DNA of 64,000 nt from a virus. The position numbers were made by a program, and so were the translations under genes. The notes under the pieces are model-generated. The model was not told where the DNA came from. It saw only the letters and a list, made by a program, of their open reading frames with translations, and searched no databases. The number at the start of each line of letters is the position of its first letter. Within the stretch, counting starts at the first letter, position 1. Below are positions 19,225 to 30,376 of the stretch, one piece after another. The DNA lies in UHGV virus genome UHGV-1332848; one strand, written 5' to 3'.

Positions 19225-19935
19225 CTATAATAGCAATGTAGTGCCTAAAATTTCTTCCAACTTTCTTATTAAAACAATATCTCTAATTTCGTTGTTATTT
19301 ACTTTTGTAAAAATAACGCCAGCTAAAGTTTTTTTGTATTCATATGGAGCTTTATTTATCACTTCTTCAATTTCATCAACATTCATATCTAACAGGTTAT
19401 CAACATCTTCCATTTGTTCAATTACTTCATATAAGTTCTTTAGCCCCAACGCCTCAATCACTTCTTCATCATCTACAATCAACCAAGGTGTATTTAAGAA
19501 ACGTCTAGATGTACTATCCATAGTTAAAATTTCATCAATAGTTAGCACTTCTTCATCTCCAATTGCCATCCATTTATATAGAGTATTTGTTTTCGGAGAT
19601 TTAAAAGAAACAACTCCCGCTACACTTCTTACAACAACTTCTTTATCTTTAATTGTTCTTAAATATGATTTTGTTATTTTTTTAGGTCTCTCATTGTTTT
19701 TATGTGAAACTTCTATTTCGTTTAATTTATTTTTATCTTGCATTTGCTGAAACATAGCAAACATTTGATTCATTAACTCAGGTGGTATATCATTTATAGT
19801 CAACTCTTTTTTAGAGTTGAGTTCTTCTTTAACTACCTCTTCTTTCTTTTTAGGAGTTGTTTTTCTATTAGTCGTTTTCTTTTTTTGTTCAACTTCCCCT
19901 ATAACATTTATATCCTCTTTTTTCTTTACACCCAT
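19225..19935 (-). CDS. hypothetical protein with basic Lys-rich N-terminus
   Basis: KKKTTNRKTTPKKKEE N-terminal tail. Position after the capsid gene. Confidence 0.3.
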   Translation of the reverse strand: MGVKKKEDINVIGEVEQKKKTTNRKTTPKKKEEVVKEELNSKKELTINDIPPELMNQMFAMFQQMQDKNKLNEIEVSHKNNERPKKITKSYLRTIKDKEVVVRSVAGVVSFKSPKTNTLYKWMAIGDEEVLTIDEILTMDSTSRRFLNTPWLIVDDEEVIEALGLKNLYEVIEQMEDVDNLLDMNVDEIEEVINKAPYEYKKTLAGVIFTKVNNNEIRDIVLIRKLEEILGTTLLL

Positions 19936-19965
19936 TTTATATTCCTCCTACTAGAACTCTTATTA

Positions 19966-20175
19966 TTATGAAAATTTAATGTCATTTAATTTATTTAATT
20001 TTTCATGAAAGTAATCATCTACAAGAAAGCTGTAAGATATCAACCCTTCATCATCAAATTTATAATATTTATATCCTATATAATTCAAAGCATAAGCTAA
20101 TGTTTTACTTTTAGTTTGAAAGTATTTGTTATTCATATTACACCCCATTAAATAAAAAGTAGGGCAGTAAACCAC
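19966..20175 (-). CDS. hypothetical small protein
   Basis: 69-aa ORF in operon context. Confidence 0.25.
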   Translation of the reverse strand: MVYCPTFYLMGCNMNNKYFQTKSKTLAYALNYIGYKYYKFDDEGLISYSFLVDDYFHEKLNKLNDIKFS

Positions 20176-20190
20176 CCTACCTAAAATTCA

Positions 20191-21210
20191 CTATTCTAAT
20201 TCAATAGAACCAATCATTTTATTGTAACCAACTGAACAACCCGCTTTAAAAGTAACAGCAGTTTCTAAACTTCTATCTGCATTATCAGTTCCATCAGAAA
20301 CTTCCTTAACTTCAGTGTCTCCCTCAAGTAACATTTGGACAACCTTTGTATTGTTTCCACAAACAGCATAAACTTTATTTGTAGGCATAGTAAAGTCTAA
20401 TGTTCCAACTTTATGCCCCTGTGCTATTTCCATACAAGTATATCCATTCCAAACTGGTAAAATAAAATCTTCATTTCTTTGGTCTTTCATCTTGTCTGAG
20501 AACTTAGTATCTACAACACCTTGAAGTTTTCTTATTGCGGTAGCTACCCCTACTAATATAGGTTTTTCGCCATTACTAGCTTCTAAATGGGTTAACATAG
20601 TTAATATATTGTCTTCGTTATATGTACCCGTAACCTTAAATGTAGTTGGCAACTTATCAATAGCAACAGCAAAAGTAGCTTGTGCAATTTCAGCTAGTTT
20701 TTTATCAATAGCTATAGCAATTAATGAAACCAACTTATCAATAGAAGCTCTACCACTTGCCACTCTCTCATAGTATTCATAAACTTTTATACCAAAATCC
20801 TTCATAGAAGGAGTGAATGATTGTCCAACATCTACTCTTTGTCTTCTTAAGTCAAAATGTGAACCAGAGAATTCAGAAACAATTAATTCATTTCCCCCTT
20901 CTACATAGAACTCAGGCTTGTCACCCAAAGCTAAATTTCTAACTTCTACAAACTGGTTGAAGAAAGCATTCTTTTGATACTCTCCATCAACCATTACTTG
21001 ATTTGCGACTTCTTCTATAATCGCATAAACCTTGTATTTATTTTCATTCCAAGCCCTTCTAAAAACCTTCTTCTCAAACTTCTCTATTCCCAATGCATTT
21101 AATAATTCCGTCCTAATAGCTTCTTCTCTTTCAGATTTTGAAACTGAAGCATATTTTGCTGGAATTTCACCCTTGTATGTATCATATATAATTTTTACTA
21201 AATCGTTCAT
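20191..21210 (-). CDS. putative major capsid protein
   Basis: 339 aa, position downstream of portal/scaffold-like genes, strong RBS. Confidence 0.4.
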   Translation of the reverse strand: MNDLVKIIYDTYKGEIPAKYASVSKSEREEAIRTELLNALGIEKFEKKVFRRAWNENKYKVYAIIEEVANQVMVDGEYQKNAFFNQFVEVRNLALGDKPEFYVEGGNELIVSEFSGSHFDLRRQRVDVGQSFTPSMKDFGIKVYEYYERVASGRASIDKLVSLIAIAIDKKLAEIAQATFAVAIDKLPTTFKVTGTYNEDNILTMLTHLEASNGEKPILVGVATAIRKLQGVVDTKFSDKMKDQRNEDFILPVWNGYTCMEIAQGHKVGTLDFTMPTNKVYAVCGNNTKVVQMLLEGDTEVKEVSDGTDNADRSLETAVTFKAGCSVGYNKMIGSIELE

Positions 21211-21239
21211 ATTATTTCTTACCTCCTTTTAATTAATTA

Positions 21240-21848
21240 TTAAGCTATAACTCTGACTAATTCTAGTTGAACCATCTTATAATCGGTTGGGAACATTGAA
21301 GCTGTAGCACTACCATCAGTGTAAACATAATTAGCTATGTGCGAATTCACAACTCTAACAACTTTAAAATAGAAACAAGTTTTAGCTAATAATGGTGCAT
21401 CTGTTGAGTATTTTAACTGAGTTCCAGCTACAGCATTTGCTTCTAATGTAAACTTGTCGCCAACCTCGACCTCTTTTGTTTTTCCTGAAACCTTTCCTGT
21501 TAAATCAAAGTAATCGAATGATAAATCTATACCATCTAATTCTTCTAATGGAACAACTGGAAATGCTTTGTTTGCAGGATTCCTAAATATCCCTATCGCA
21601 TTGTCAACTTTTCTATCTTGCTTATAGTTTATTTCTGGTTTCATAACTATGACAGGCATTTTAGCTTTCACCAATTCTTCTGTTGGTGCTAAAAATTGTC
21701 TCACCTCTGTTGAACCCTCAACAAAATCACCTAAATACCCCAATACCCCATTTGGTATTTCTGTATTAAATTTAGCAGAGTGTAATCTTCCCCCTCTGTT
21801 AGTAGCCTTAACTTGTGATAAATCACATCTAAAATATGTTTTAGCCAT
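21240..21848 (-). CDS. hypothetical capsid-associated protein
   Basis: 202 aa between the scaffold-like and capsid genes. Confidence 0.3.
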   Translation of the reverse strand: MAKTYFRCDLSQVKATNRGGRLHSAKFNTEIPNGVLGYLGDFVEGSTEVRQFLAPTEELVKAKMPVIVMKPEINYKQDRKVDNAIGIFRNPANKAFPVVPLEELDGIDLSFDYFDLTGKVSGKTKEVEVGDKFTLEANAVAGTQLKYSTDAPLLAKTCFYFKVVRVVNSHIANYVYTDGSATASMFPTDYKMVQLELVRVIA

Positions 21849-21868
21849 ATATTAATTCCTCCTTTAAT

Positions 21869-23368
21869 TTAATTATTTTTTATATACTTGTCTAAAATAC
21901 ACCATGCAGTGTCAGTATTTGATTCTTTTTCCATATTAACTACAGGAACTCTTACAATATTCTTAGAAAAGTCTCTCTTATTTTTAGAGTTGATATCTAT
22001 ATTGTTATCAAACGCTAAAACTTTAAGTGATTTAATTAATTCTTCTTTTTCTAATTCATATCTTTTTTCAAATAACTCATTATATCCCACAACTTTATTC
22101 AAGGCAGAATATTCAACAAATATTGAATTCAACTCAGCATCCTTTTGTTCTTTTTCTATTTTTAATTTAAATTCAGCAAGTTCCTTGTTTTCTTCTTGCA
22201 ATGATACATATGTAGAATTTAAATCGATATATTTGCCCTTCATATCTCTTAGTTCATCATCCTGCTTCGAATACTTACTATTATATTCTTCTACTTTTTC
22301 TTTATTATGTTTTATTTCTACTTCAAAAACGTTACTAACAACTTCTGATTCACCCTCGATATATTCTCTCCAGTCACCCCTAATATATCTCTTAAACTCA
22401 TCTAAATTTAAAATTATTCCATCACCTTCTAATGTGTAGGGAATCCCATAATATCTATACCAACATTCAGAATCTTCGCATATTGCAATGTTTTCTGTAG
22501 GTAATATATCTATTAAATAGTATTTTTGACACTCATATGTATCTCCCCACCAATCAGTATGAGTATGTGTAATTTCTTTTAATTTTTCTCTTATTTTTTT
22601 GTCTAAATCTTCAACACTTAAAGTAAATAATTTTTCTTTTAAATCATCAAAACTTAAAGATTCATCATTGATTACAGTTTCATATTTTTCAGATTTAAGA
22701 TATGAATATTTTTTTATCAATTCTTTCTTCTCATCCAATTTATTACCCCCTTTACCAAAATTTATATTTTTAACCTCTTCAAGCAACATAGAAAATTCTT
22801 TTTTGTAATCTTCTTTATTAAGAGAATATACTACTTTTGCACTAGGGAAGCATGGTGCAGTATTTTCACCAAGTATACAAATTCCTGTAAAATTAAAATT
22901 ATTTATAACCATTACTTGATTCTCATCCTCTTCGTAGTCTAAAACAGATATCTCCATAGATTGATTATTTAAGTTCTCCATGACCTTTTCTGCTTCAGGA
23001 TATCTGCTAGTCCAAAGTATCCCATCACAAACTAGATATTCAATTCCACTTTTATCAAATTCCCATCTCGGATTACAATTCTCAGGAATAACGCCATATG
23101 CTTTAGTTGTTTCAATAAACTTAATTCCATCATCTGATATTTCTAGCTTTCCACCATGCCCCTTAAAATCCTCGATACTTTCTGACCATTCGCCTAGTAT
23201 TGGAATATTATATAAACTATTCATAGCGTTTTCAAAAGCTTGCTTTGTTATATTAGAGCCATTTGCATTCTCGCCGTAAGTTGCAACCCAAATATTAACC
23301 TTAGTAAAGTCAGGATGTTCAAATTCTTTTACTTGTTCAAATTTAACACTCAAATTTAATTTATTCAC
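21869..23368 (-). CDS. head morphogenesis protein with scaffold-like charged coiled-coil C-terminus (possible protease-scaffold fusion)
   Basis: 499 aa. C-terminal half is K/E-rich coiled coil. Immediately downstream of portal. RBS AAAGGAGGTGA. Confidence 0.35.
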   Translation of the reverse strand: MNKLNLSVKFEQVKEFEHPDFTKVNIWVATYGENANGSNITKQAFENAMNSLYNIPILGEWSESIEDFKGHGGKLEISDDGIKFIETTKAYGVIPENCNPRWEFDKSGIEYLVCDGILWTSRYPEAEKVMENLNNQSMEISVLDYEEDENQVMVINNFNFTGICILGENTAPCFPSAKVVYSLNKEDYKKEFSMLLEEVKNINFGKGGNKLDEKKELIKKYSYLKSEKYETVINDESLSFDDLKEKLFTLSVEDLDKKIREKLKEITHTHTDWWGDTYECQKYYLIDILPTENIAICEDSECWYRYYGIPYTLEGDGIILNLDEFKRYIRGDWREYIEGESEVVSNVFEVEIKHNKEKVEEYNSKYSKQDDELRDMKGKYIDLNSTYVSLQEENKELAEFKLKIEKEQKDAELNSIFVEYSALNKVVGYNELFEKRYELEKEELIKSLKVLAFDNNIDINSKNKRDFSKNIVRVPVVNMEKESNTDTAWCILDKYIKNN

Positions 23369-23384
23369 ATTATCACCTCCTTTG

Positions 23385-23562
23385 CTAAAAATAAAGCTTG
23401 TTTGTCTTATAAACTTTTATGTTTAATTTATTAAAATTTAATTTATTATCATTTTCAAAAACGTAAGCAAATTTATCTCCTATTTGGTTTTTACAAATAA
23501 ATTTATAACCATTTAAAATCAATTTTTCTCTTTCACTCTCGCTGAATACGTAAATAAACATC
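23385..23562 (-). CDS. small hypothetical protein (58 aa)
   Basis: ATG preceded by RBS AGGTGGTGG. Its stop overlaps the RBS of the next gene. Below the ORF-track size cutoff. Confidence 0.35.
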
Positions 23563-23573
23563 TAAACCACCAC

Positions 23574-25118
23574 CTAAATATCTCTATCATTACCATCACT
23601 ATCACGTGTAACTTCACCCTCATCCGATATTTTACTATCATCAACTTTTTCTCTACCACCTTCACCTGAAAGATCTGAACTTGACGTTGTATGAGAACTA
23701 GCTAATGGCTTCCATTCTTCCGATAGATTCAATATATTGTCTTCAAGGAAAGTTAATCCCCTTTCTACCCCCTGAGTAACTCCACATAATGCAGATAGCT
23801 GTAGTTTAACAGGAACACCATATTGTGCAAGTTTTAAAAGTTGAGTAATTGTTTCATCTAAGTTAAATACTGTTACATCTAAAAGCTTTATTGTAAATTT
23901 ACCATTATATTCTCTTTTAAATTTTCTATTTAACCAACGCTCAAACTGCCTATATATCTTAAATATCCTAGCTGAATCAACTAGATTTGATGATTTTAAT
24001 CCTGTACTTGTAGTCGCACCTTTACCAAAGTTTACTGGACTTATACCACTTGATGTAAATACATTATCTTCGGCTCTATTAACGTTATCTTTATCAGATA
24101 CAACTCCACTTCCAAAGTTTATATCTTTAAAATCAGTAACAGATAAAAAAGCACCTATACCTTCAGGTAGATTGTCTAATAACATACTGTAGAATTGTAT
24201 AGCAGTATTTGTATCAACTAAGAAATCATCAACTTTCCCACTATTCTTATTTAATGGTATTTGCATACCTATAAATTTATAGTTATCAACTTGTGTTTTT
24301 GTTTTAGTTAATTCTTTGTATGTTGCTAAATCTGATAAGTCATTAAATAAGCTTGAAAATGGTGGAAATACAAATGGTAATTCCTCAAGCATTTTTATAC
24401 AAATAGTATTTTCTTCACTCAATTCTTGCCACTTCATATTTGTCTTATCTTTTAAATACTTAGAATAACAGCTCCTAAATTCTTCTGGGTATGTTTTAAT
24501 TAATTCTTCATCAACACCTTTTATTTTCTTGTTCTTTTCAAAATAACTGAAATCAAATTGAAAATTAAAAACTCCATCTGTTATAGATGATATTCTACAA
24601 TAATCACTATCAAGTTGCTGTATATAAAAACTATCAGTTGTTTCATGCACATAACCGTAAAATACATCTTCTCTTACATTAATACCTAGTATTCTTTGGA
24701 ATTCATGTGCTATATTTAACTTCTCTAAGTTAGAGATAATTTTAAAATACTCTTTCTTTAGTTTTTTCTTATCTGAAATATCACCATTAGCAGAACTAAA
24801 TTTATCTACATTAGGCACAACAATAGGAATAAACTTACTAATAGAAGGAAGGTAATTCACTACTTGCTGATATTGTGGAGATAATGTCGTTAATACAGTA
24901 GATAAATTTCTTAATTTTGCTTCATGCTCTATTGGGTTCTCTAAGAACTTTTGAACATTCTCTTGAGTAAACTTATCTGAGAATGGTTTCTTTTTTTGAG
25001 CTGTAACAAGAGTGTTAGCAACACTACTATTTAATTTTTGTGCAAATTCTAAGAATAATTTAGTATTAATTTCATCTTTAATTTTATTAACTTGTTCTTC
25101 TGTGTATGTTTTCTCCAT
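23574..25118 (-). CDS. portal protein
   Basis: 514 aa immediately downstream of large terminase, acidic C-terminus. Confidence 0.6.
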   Translation of the reverse strand: MEKTYTEEQVNKIKDEINTKLFLEFAQKLNSSVANTLVTAQKKKPFSDKFTQENVQKFLENPIEHEAKLRNLSTVLTTLSPQYQQVVNYLPSISKFIPIVVPNVDKFSSANGDISDKKKLKKEYFKIISNLEKLNIAHEFQRILGINVREDVFYGYVHETTDSFYIQQLDSDYCRISSITDGVFNFQFDFSYFEKNKKIKGVDEELIKTYPEEFRSCYSKYLKDKTNMKWQELSEENTICIKMLEELPFVFPPFSSLFNDLSDLATYKELTKTKTQVDNYKFIGMQIPLNKNSGKVDDFLVDTNTAIQFYSMLLDNLPEGIGAFLSVTDFKDINFGSGVVSDKDNVNRAEDNVFTSSGISPVNFGKGATTSTGLKSSNLVDSARIFKIYRQFERWLNRKFKREYNGKFTIKLLDVTVFNLDETITQLLKLAQYGVPVKLQLSALCGVTQGVERGLTFLEDNILNLSEEWKPLASSHTTSSSDLSGEGGREKVDDSKISDEGEVTRDSDGNDRDI

Positions 25119-25134
25119 AATAAATTCCTCCTTT

Positions 25135-26976
25135 CTATATAAGTCTATTTGATTGTTTCATTGGTGATTTGTATTGTAGTAGTTGTGAAATGTCAATTTT
25201 AGGTCTTTCCTTATTTACTATCCCGTCTCTTCTCATCTCTTTTAAATACCAAGCCAACATACAAAAAGTATACGCTCTATCATCATGGACTGTGGCTTTT
25301 TTGTCTTGTGGCAAATCATATCTGTATCCACTACCTGTGCTATCAAATCTATATGTCAATACTAATTCTTCTTTAGCTAAATCTATATTTTTTAAAGCTA
25401 ATTCCTCCTCAAAAGCAAGGTTTACCTTATCATAATCAATATTTCCATCATTACCTTCTATTGGTATATTAATAAAACCTTTCATATCGTATGAATCTGT
25501 AAACTCAATAAGACCTAAGTTTAACATTTCTATAAAAGCATCGTACATTTCAGTTCTATATTTTTTAGGAGAAATTAATCTTAGCTTATCTAAAGCATTT
25601 GGGAAGTTTGATAAATAATCAGAAGATTCAACATTATCTATAATCCCTTTATGTGCTACACCTTGTTTGTCAGTCCAATCCTCCATGAAATAATCTGCTA
25701 TATTTACCCCTGCACCACCTGCACCACTATCAATTAATAAACCTTCTATATTTTCATAATCTGCAAAGCCTTTTCCATTATATTTTAAAATCATATCTTT
25801 AACATATTCCACCTGTTCAGGTGTTCTCATAGGAGTTCTATTTTTCTTTCCTATATCAATTAAACTCACACAGTTTTGTATTTTTAATTTTAAGCCTACA
25901 TTTTCATCATTTATTAATTCTCCAACTGATACAATAGAATTGTCATAAGATCTTGCTGGATCATATGCAAGAATAAATCTTCTACTAGAATTGTTATCAT
26001 TACACAAAACTGGTTTTCTTACGCTTGAATTTTTAATTATTTCAGCTCTTTTAATAGGTTGATTACTTCCACCTTCAGTAGTAAATTTATTATAATATTC
26101 TCTAAGTGCTTTTTCTCTATTCTGTCTCATTGCATCATCAACCTTATCTTTAGTTAATAATGGTACGAATAACTTCTTACCCCTATTGGTTGCATTTATT
26201 ATAACTTCACAATCTAAATCTGCAACAAAATGATTTTTACTACCTGCAAACATCATTTTCGAATAATTCTTGTATATATTATAAAAATAAGAATCTACAC
26301 TAGAAGCAGAAGAACAGAATAATAATTGGTTAGGTATATTCCTAGCCAATGTTTCCATATCTAAATCTTTACCAAGTTTAAAGTCAGCATTTTGCAAACA
26401 GAAACCTGCTGTTGTAACTGCATAGTTTTCTGAAATCCAACCACTTTCATCGTATAAATTTAATGACGATCTTTTTCCTCTAATATTATCCTCAACACCT
26501 GATAGTGATGTTACTTTACTACCATTAAACAACTCGTACTTAAAACCTTGTGGAGAATGAGTGAATCCATCTGTATTAGATGCTGATTTAACTATTTCAT
26601 TATAGTAAATATCAGTTAAGCCAGTAAAAGATTCTATCTGCTTTTTTGCTATCTTCTCCATTTTCATAAATGTATCTTGAGATTGTGCAGATGTTGTAGA
26701 AAGTATATAAGATTCAAAATTAGGGAACAACATCATTTTAGTCATAATAAATGGTGCTGAAAGTGTTGATTTTCCACCATTTCTACTCATAAGCCAAAGA
26801 ACAAATTGTTTGTCCCAACTTGACTGAAAACAATATCTCTGATAATCCATGTATTCTACGCCTAGAAACATCTCGCTAAATGCAACAGGATTTTTTCTAC
26901 CCCATTGTACTATTTTTGACCATCTCAAGTAAGATTCTAGTTTCCTTTGTGAGAGATTTTCCTTATTTACACTCAT
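25135..26976 (-). CDS. terminase large subunit
   Basis: 613 aa, N-terminal ATPase region with P-loop-like LMSRNGGKST, C-terminal nuclease-sized domain. Start overlaps the upstream stop. Confidence 0.75.
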   Translation of the reverse strand: MSVNKENLSQRKLESYLRWSKIVQWGRKNPVAFSEMFLGVEYMDYQRYCFQSSWDKQFVLWLMSRNGGKSTLSAPFIMTKMMLFPNFESYILSTTSAQSQDTFMKMEKIAKKQIESFTGLTDIYYNEIVKSASNTDGFTHSPQGFKYELFNGSKVTSLSGVEDNIRGKRSSLNLYDESGWISENYAVTTAGFCLQNADFKLGKDLDMETLARNIPNQLLFCSSASSVDSYFYNIYKNYSKMMFAGSKNHFVADLDCEVIINATNRGKKLFVPLLTKDKVDDAMRQNREKALREYYNKFTTEGGSNQPIKRAEIIKNSSVRKPVLCNDNNSSRRFILAYDPARSYDNSIVSVGELINDENVGLKLKIQNCVSLIDIGKKNRTPMRTPEQVEYVKDMILKYNGKGFADYENIEGLLIDSGAGGAGVNIADYFMEDWTDKQGVAHKGIIDNVESSDYLSNFPNALDKLRLISPKKYRTEMYDAFIEMLNLGLIEFTDSYDMKGFINIPIEGNDGNIDYDKVNLAFEEELALKNIDLAKEELVLTYRFDSTGSGYRYDLPQDKKATVHDDRAYTFCMLAWYLKEMRRDGIVNKERPKIDISQLLQYKSPMKQSNRLI

Positions 26977-28076
26977 TAAATCACCTCACTAATTTCCTCA
27001 TCTTTATTGAATTTTATTTTTAACAACCTTAATTCTTCTTCCAATCTATCTTTTTCTCTACTTAACTTATACAATTCATCCTTTTGCCATGCCACCATAT
27101 CTGCGTAGTCATTTTCATCAAATTGCAGTTGTTCCATAATACTTTTATGTGACATATCAGCTACCTGTTTCATTCCTTCTGAAGTTTGTATATCAAAAAG
27201 GTTTACTTTAGATTCATCTAAATCTAATTCGCCTAATTTTTTAATCATTCCTGTTAATGTTCCTGAGCCTTTAGACTTATTTGTATTAAATTTAGTTGAT
27301 ATTCCATTATCTTCGCAAGTTTTTAATATAGTTGCCATTAGTTTTTGTTTAGTCTCTATTAACGACTTCATGCCACCATTGTTATCACTTAAAGCGTTTA
27401 TATTTGATGTTATTTTAGCTATAGCCATATCAACATATTCAACCTGATTAAAGCTTTTTACAATAGATATAACCGACATTAGTTTCACATTATCCTCTAC
27501 TACAGAATCATCTAACATATCCACAAGCCTATTAAATAAGAATTTTCTATCTCTTTTATTCTCATTCTCAAATGGATCATAACCTATTATTCTTATAACA
27601 TCTTTTTCATTTTGAAAATCTCTTTCATTTACATCAACTTCTACAATGTCATCTTTTATTGCTTCTTCTTTTAAGCCATTATCAATACTATCTCCATTTT
27701 CAAATGTATAAGATGAGTATTGTTTTAAACTATTTATATTTTTTATGTATACCTTAAAAACATTTGCATTACTTTTTTCAGCCTCATCTATTGCTGATTG
27801 GAAAGGAACTTCTAAGTATGGAAAGTCCAATAGTCTACATAATCTATAAGTTGCGATTTGTTCATTGCCACTTGACTGTTCAACAAACTCATCAAATAAT
27901 TGCCAAATACATTCCTTGCATACAGTTTGCTTCCCTATACTTTTATTTAAAATTGAATTGGATACATAAAATCCAATCTTTACATCTTTTTCTTTACCAC
28001 AACAGCTACAAGTCATTTTGGGCTTTTCAACCTTATCCATAGCTTTTGCAGTTTTTCTAGTAGCCATTATGTTCAC
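26976..28076 (-). CDS. zinc-ribbon protein; positional candidate for terminase small subunit
   Basis: CSCCGK...CKEC near N-terminus. Directly upstream of the large terminase, but larger than typical TerS. Confidence 0.3.
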   Translation of the reverse strand: MNIMATRKTAKAMDKVEKPKMTCSCCGKEKDVKIGFYVSNSILNKSIGKQTVCKECIWQLFDEFVEQSSGNEQIATYRLCRLLDFPYLEVPFQSAIDEAEKSNANVFKVYIKNINSLKQYSSYTFENGDSIDNGLKEEAIKDDIVEVDVNERDFQNEKDVIRIIGYDPFENENKRDRKFLFNRLVDMLDDSVVEDNVKLMSVISIVKSFNQVEYVDMAIAKITSNINALSDNNGGMKSLIETKQKLMATILKTCEDNGISTKFNTNKSKGSGTLTGMIKKLGELDLDESKVNLFDIQTSEGMKQVADMSHKSIMEQLQFDENDYADMVAWQKDELYKLSREKDRLEEELRLLKIKFNKDEEISEVI

Positions 28077-28184
28077 CCCTTTTTTTATTTTATTTAACTA
28101 CCTACCCATACAGATAAGCACTAGAAATACAATAAAGACTAGGCAGAAAACCACCTAGTCAATAAAATTACATTTTTATTAAGT

Positions 28185-28817
28185 TTAATTAATTTTTATA
28201 ATTGAATTACTAGCATCAATTACATTATAATCATCAATTCTAAGAGCATCATATACAACTATGCCAAATCCTCTAATATCCATATAAATAGGCACTTCCT
28301 TATTATAATTCAGTATTTCTTTTACTTTATTAGTCATAACGTCAGCATTGTTAACTTTAATTAATATTTTTTCTCCCTTGAAGTAAATACAAACACTATC
28401 TCTATCGACCTCTACATACGCTTTCTCACATTTAGTTATACGTTCCTCATTTTTTATTTCAAATTTTCTATGATTCTTAATTTCAGATCCTTTTTGTTCC
28501 CACACAGCAACATATTCTTTATCTTCAGATGAATATTTACTCCACTGTTGACTCCATTCTTCTCTTTGAACTAAACCTGCAATCTCCTTTAAAGCTAATA
28601 CTAAATTCTTATAAGTTCCTATATTATCATCATCTAAAGCTTTCTTCATCTTTGATAATAATAACTGTTGTTCATTTTTTAATGCTGATAATAAATCTAA
28701 TTGAAATTTGTGTGTATGTATTGGTAATTCGTCATTTGATTCATCAGGAACTTCCCAAGATAGATTTCCATTATATACTTTACTCATATTATATTCTCCT
28801 CCGATGTCAGCCATCAC
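28185..28817 (-). CDS. hypothetical protein
   Basis: 210-aa ORF. Confidence 0.3.
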   Translation of the reverse strand: MMADIGGEYNMSKVYNGNLSWEVPDESNDELPIHTHKFQLDLLSALKNEQQLLLSKMKKALDDDNIGTYKNLVLALKEIAGLVQREEWSQQWSKYSSEDKEYVAVWEQKGSEIKNHRKFEIKNEERITKCEKAYVEVDRDSVCIYFKGEKILIKVNNADVMTNKVKEILNYNKEVPIYMDIRGFGIVVYDALRIDDYNVIDASNSIIKIN

Positions 28818-28924
28818 CTTTAAATTTAAGGACTAAAAACCTTAACAACAATCACCGTTTGAGATGATTGCTATAAGGATTTTATTTAATTTTATACTTA
28901 TTTACGAGTACATCACTTAAGGAA

Positions 28925-30133
28925 CTACAATTTAATTTTATATGTACATTCCCTACCTTCTTCATTGTAAATCATCAAAGTTTGTGAAGGTTTATTACTC
29001 TTTCTAATATGTTTTGCGTATTTATCTACTCCACTTGCTGTTCCGTTTACAACAACAGACATATCATGTTCCTCTTTCTCGTAATGGCTGTGATAATGTC
29101 CCATATGCACTTCCGTTGGGAAAATCTTTAACATATTAGACAAATCATTAATAACTGTTCCGACTTTATCTTCATGTCCATGCACGGCAAATATAGTCTC
29201 ATTTAAAAACTTATAAACGATTATGTTATCATCATACAGATTCTCGCAAAATTCTATATTACCAACACCATCTAATCTTGATTTTAAATACCACGGTATC
29301 ATTCTTTCAAAATTTTCAGTATCAATTGAATCTTTTGCATTAGCCACACATCTTCCATGATTTCCAGTTGCAGAATATATCTTAATTTTATGTATATTTT
29401 CGGCTAGATTTTTAATCATATTGGCTAATATTTCAGCACATATCATGGTCTGTGATATTACATCTTCCTCATTTGATACTCTAGTTCCTAAATGAATTAT
29501 TCCATTAATCATATCTCCCAAAACCTCTAAATGTAACGTAGAGACTTCGTTTTGTTTGCAATATTTAATAATCTTATTCTGTAATTTCTCTATTCTTTCT
29601 CTTAATATTTCTACACTTATCTCATTCCAGTAGTTCTTCTCTTTTATTCCAGTATGCCAATCGCTTACAATTGATACCGCTTCATTATTGCTGTGTTTTT
29701 CAGGTACTCTAAACACTCTCAATGGTCTTATTTCATTTAATTTTTCAATTTCTTCTTTCATCGTTGAAACTAAATGCTCAAATCTTGCATCAGCTCTTAA
29801 GTAGTTTCTATATTCTCTTTTCTGATCTTGGAATCTTATTTTTTCTTTTTCTAATTCAATTTTTTTAGCCTCAATTTCTTTTAATATAGAATCTTCTTCT
29901 ATGTTTTCAATCTTTTCATTATCCAAAATCTCTAATATATTTCTTGCCCCGTAAAACATTCTTCTAGCAACATCACTAGAATATTCTTTACCGAATGCTA
30001 ATAGAGACAACTCGGTATAATCTTCGTCTATTGTTTTATCAACCAACTTTCCATATACTATTCTTCTTATATATTCAAGTCTACTTTCATCATCTCGCTT
30101 CTTTAAAATATCCTCTCTCATAACCCACCTCAT
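28925..30133 (-). CDS. calcineurin-like metallophosphoesterase
   Basis: Motifs GDMINGIIHLG, GNHGRC, VHGHEDK and GHYHSHYE match the MPP metal-binding signature. N-terminal coiled coil. Confidence 0.7.
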   Translation of the reverse strand: MRWVMREDILKKRDDESRLEYIRRIVYGKLVDKTIDEDYTELSLLAFGKEYSSDVARRMFYGARNILEILDNEKIENIEEDSILKEIEAKKIELEKEKIRFQDQKREYRNYLRADARFEHLVSTMKEEIEKLNEIRPLRVFRVPEKHSNNEAVSIVSDWHTGIKEKNYWNEISVEILRERIEKLQNKIIKYCKQNEVSTLHLEVLGDMINGIIHLGTRVSNEEDVISQTMICAEILANMIKNLAENIHKIKIYSATGNHGRCVANAKDSIDTENFERMIPWYLKSRLDGVGNIEFCENLYDDNIIVYKFLNETIFAVHGHEDKVGTVINDLSNMLKIFPTEVHMGHYHSHYEKEEHDMSVVVNGTASGVDKYAKHIRKSNKPSQTLMIYNEEGRECTYKIKL

Positions 30134-30306
30134 TATTTAATCTCTATTAATTGTTCAGCTTCGCACTTTATATTTGGACACATAATTACAAGACCACATT
30201 TTGTCTCCTCAACATAACCTTCTTCCTTTAGTTCTTGTAAGTTATATCTTTTTCCACAATATTTACATGTAAAATCTAAAGCTTTTTTAACTCTCTTTTC
30301 TCCCAT
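30133..30306 (-). CDS. small zinc-ribbon protein (57 aa)
   Basis: MGEKRVKKALDFTCKYCGKRY...KCGLVIMCPNIKCE with four Cys pairs. Its stop overlaps the start of the phosphoesterase gene. Confidence 0.4.
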   Translation of the reverse strand: MGEKRVKKALDFTCKYCGKRYNLQELKEEGYVEETKCGLVIMCPNIKCEAEQLIEIK

Positions 30307-30376
30307 ATGTCATTCTCTCCATTTATTTAATTAATTTTTTATAATAAAAAGAGTGGCAAAACACCACTCATATGTA

